A stretch of 63,997 nucleotides of DNA, counting the filler, from Piptocephalis cylindrospora (taxonomy: Eukaryota): NCBI GenBank assembly GCA_003614145.1. It is 13 parts of 13 records of this genome, joined end to end, with 100 filler letters (N's around TTAATTAATTAA, not from the genome) between each part and the next. Parts side by side here need not be neighbours in the genome. Positions count along the whole stretch, not along the records: positions 59,478 to 63,997 come from KZ988512.1; 12 more parts are not named here. One strand, written 5' to 3'. The position numbers and the translations under genes were made by a program. Each line of letters starts with the position of its first letter. Within the stretch, counting starts at the first letter, position 1. Shown one piece after another: positions 62,901 to 63,997 of this stretch. The notes beneath the pieces were generated by a model, which was not told where the DNA came from, ran no database searches, and worked only from the letters and a program-made list of their open reading frames with translations.

Positions 62901-63651
62901 TTGTACAGACAAAAAGCGTTAATAGATCTCTTTGGGGAGGAGAGAGAGGGAGAGAGAGGGGGGGGGGGCAAAGGGACCTCATTCGCAATAAACAACTCAC
63001 CTTTTCAGGAGATCCAGAAAGAATACATCTTCCGGAAGGATCACAAGCAAGAGAGTAGATGGAGCAATCCTCACGCTCTCCCCGAAACACCCGTAGGGGC
63101 TGGGGACGGAGCTCTTGGACATCCCACACCCGTACCTCCCTATCCAGACCCCCAGAAGCCACCCATCCCGCGGATGGGGCGTAGGCCAGAGCCTTGGCAT
63201 AATCAGAGTGGTATCCGATACGACGGCTCTGATCAGCACCGGGCCTCCATAGTCGGATCGATCGATCGGATGATGCGGTAATGACAGTTTGGCCACTATG
63301 TGCCAGGACCAGTGCATTGATCCAGTCGGTATGTTGCCGAATAGCCTTGCGCTTCACCTCCCGGACGCCTCCGTCGGATGCATTCTTTTCCTGTTTGAGA
63401 GGGAGATGAGATGGTCATGCAAGATGTAGTCTTAGATGACTTGTCAGACTTACCAACTCCCAGGAAACCACCAAGCCATCCCTTCCTGCGGAGTAGAGAG
63501 TGGAGGTGGGGGTGTCGAAGGCTAGAGCGTTGACACCGAGCAAGTGTGTGGACTTTCCGGGCGTCTCTTCGGGCATCAAGTAGCTGACCCGTTGCTTCGG
63601 CGCAGCAGGGGCTAACCTGGGGCTCAGAAGCGGTCTAGGTTGTCCGAGCAT
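59905..63651 (-). CDS. WDR48/UAF1 (Duf1/Bun107-like) WD40 plus DUF3337 deubiquitinase cofactor, 4 exons
   Basis: HLLGVNALA...[110 protein letters not shown]. Confidence 0.92.
60086..60112. repeat. (CA)n microsatellite in the last WDR48 intron
   Basis: About 13 CA units. Confidence 0.95.
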
Positions 63652-63997
63652 GCAGGTCTGGAAGGTGGCGAGGAAGGAGAGAAGGGGGGAGGGAAGAAGG
63701 GGGAACGATGGGGCCTCAATGACAATGGAAGGATCAGTGCTGAGTGGGAGCAGGGATCGAGACAAAGAGGCGAAAGAGAATATTAAATCAAAAGGAAGAG
63801 GAAAGGATGAGTTCACTTGAGGGAAGGGCAGAGGTAAAGTGGAGTGGAGCGGAAGGGGAAGGGAAATATGTAGTGGAGACCAGGCGGGGAAGGGGATGGG
63901 AAAGGGGAGGGCGGACCAGCTGGATGACGGGGGTGTGTGGGGGAGGGGAGGGGGGGGAGGGGGGGGGGGGGGGACAGGGTGCGGGGTGGGGGTGGTG

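Overview
This window is not one locus. It contains 13 unrelated contigs of about 4.5-4.9 kb, in descending length order, joined by 12 artificial 100-nt linkers (N44-TTAATTAATTAA-N44). Contigs: 1-4910, 5011-9881, 9982-14852, 14953-19818, 19919-24782, 24883-29745, 29846-34693, 34794-39637, 39738-44578, 44679-49517, 49618-54449, 54550-59377, 59478-63997. Gene order across linkers is meaningless. The source is a compact fungal genome with short introns. Gene content (APSES, DUF1752, AA11-like LPMO, M36 fungalysin) suggests an early-diverging fungus, possibly a Piptocephalis-like Zoopagomycota mycoparasite from an amplified assembly; this is inference and unverified. Housekeeping genes: AKR, NAP1, SEC61, Atos/FAM214-like, prephenate dehydratase, PPR, LST8, MRS2, PQ-loop, aquaglyceroporin, COPI-epsilon, Kic1-like kinase, PMT2, PRE6, ubiquitin-S27a, RPE1, IPK1, StuA-like, WDR48. 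Most interesting: (i) a signal-peptide-bearing pseudokinase whose first exon the ORF track misses; (ii) two tandem, distantly paralogous secreted proteins. All three carry a short hydrophobic-[S/P]-I-x-x-[L/M]-[L/I] motif resembling Tup1/Groucho-recruiting motifs, so they are candidate corepressor-hijacking effectors (hypothesis only). Also noted: an orphan 7TM protein, several inverted-repeat structures, and two or three junctions that may be amplification chimeras. No tRNA, rRNA, CRISPR array or transposase was recognised.
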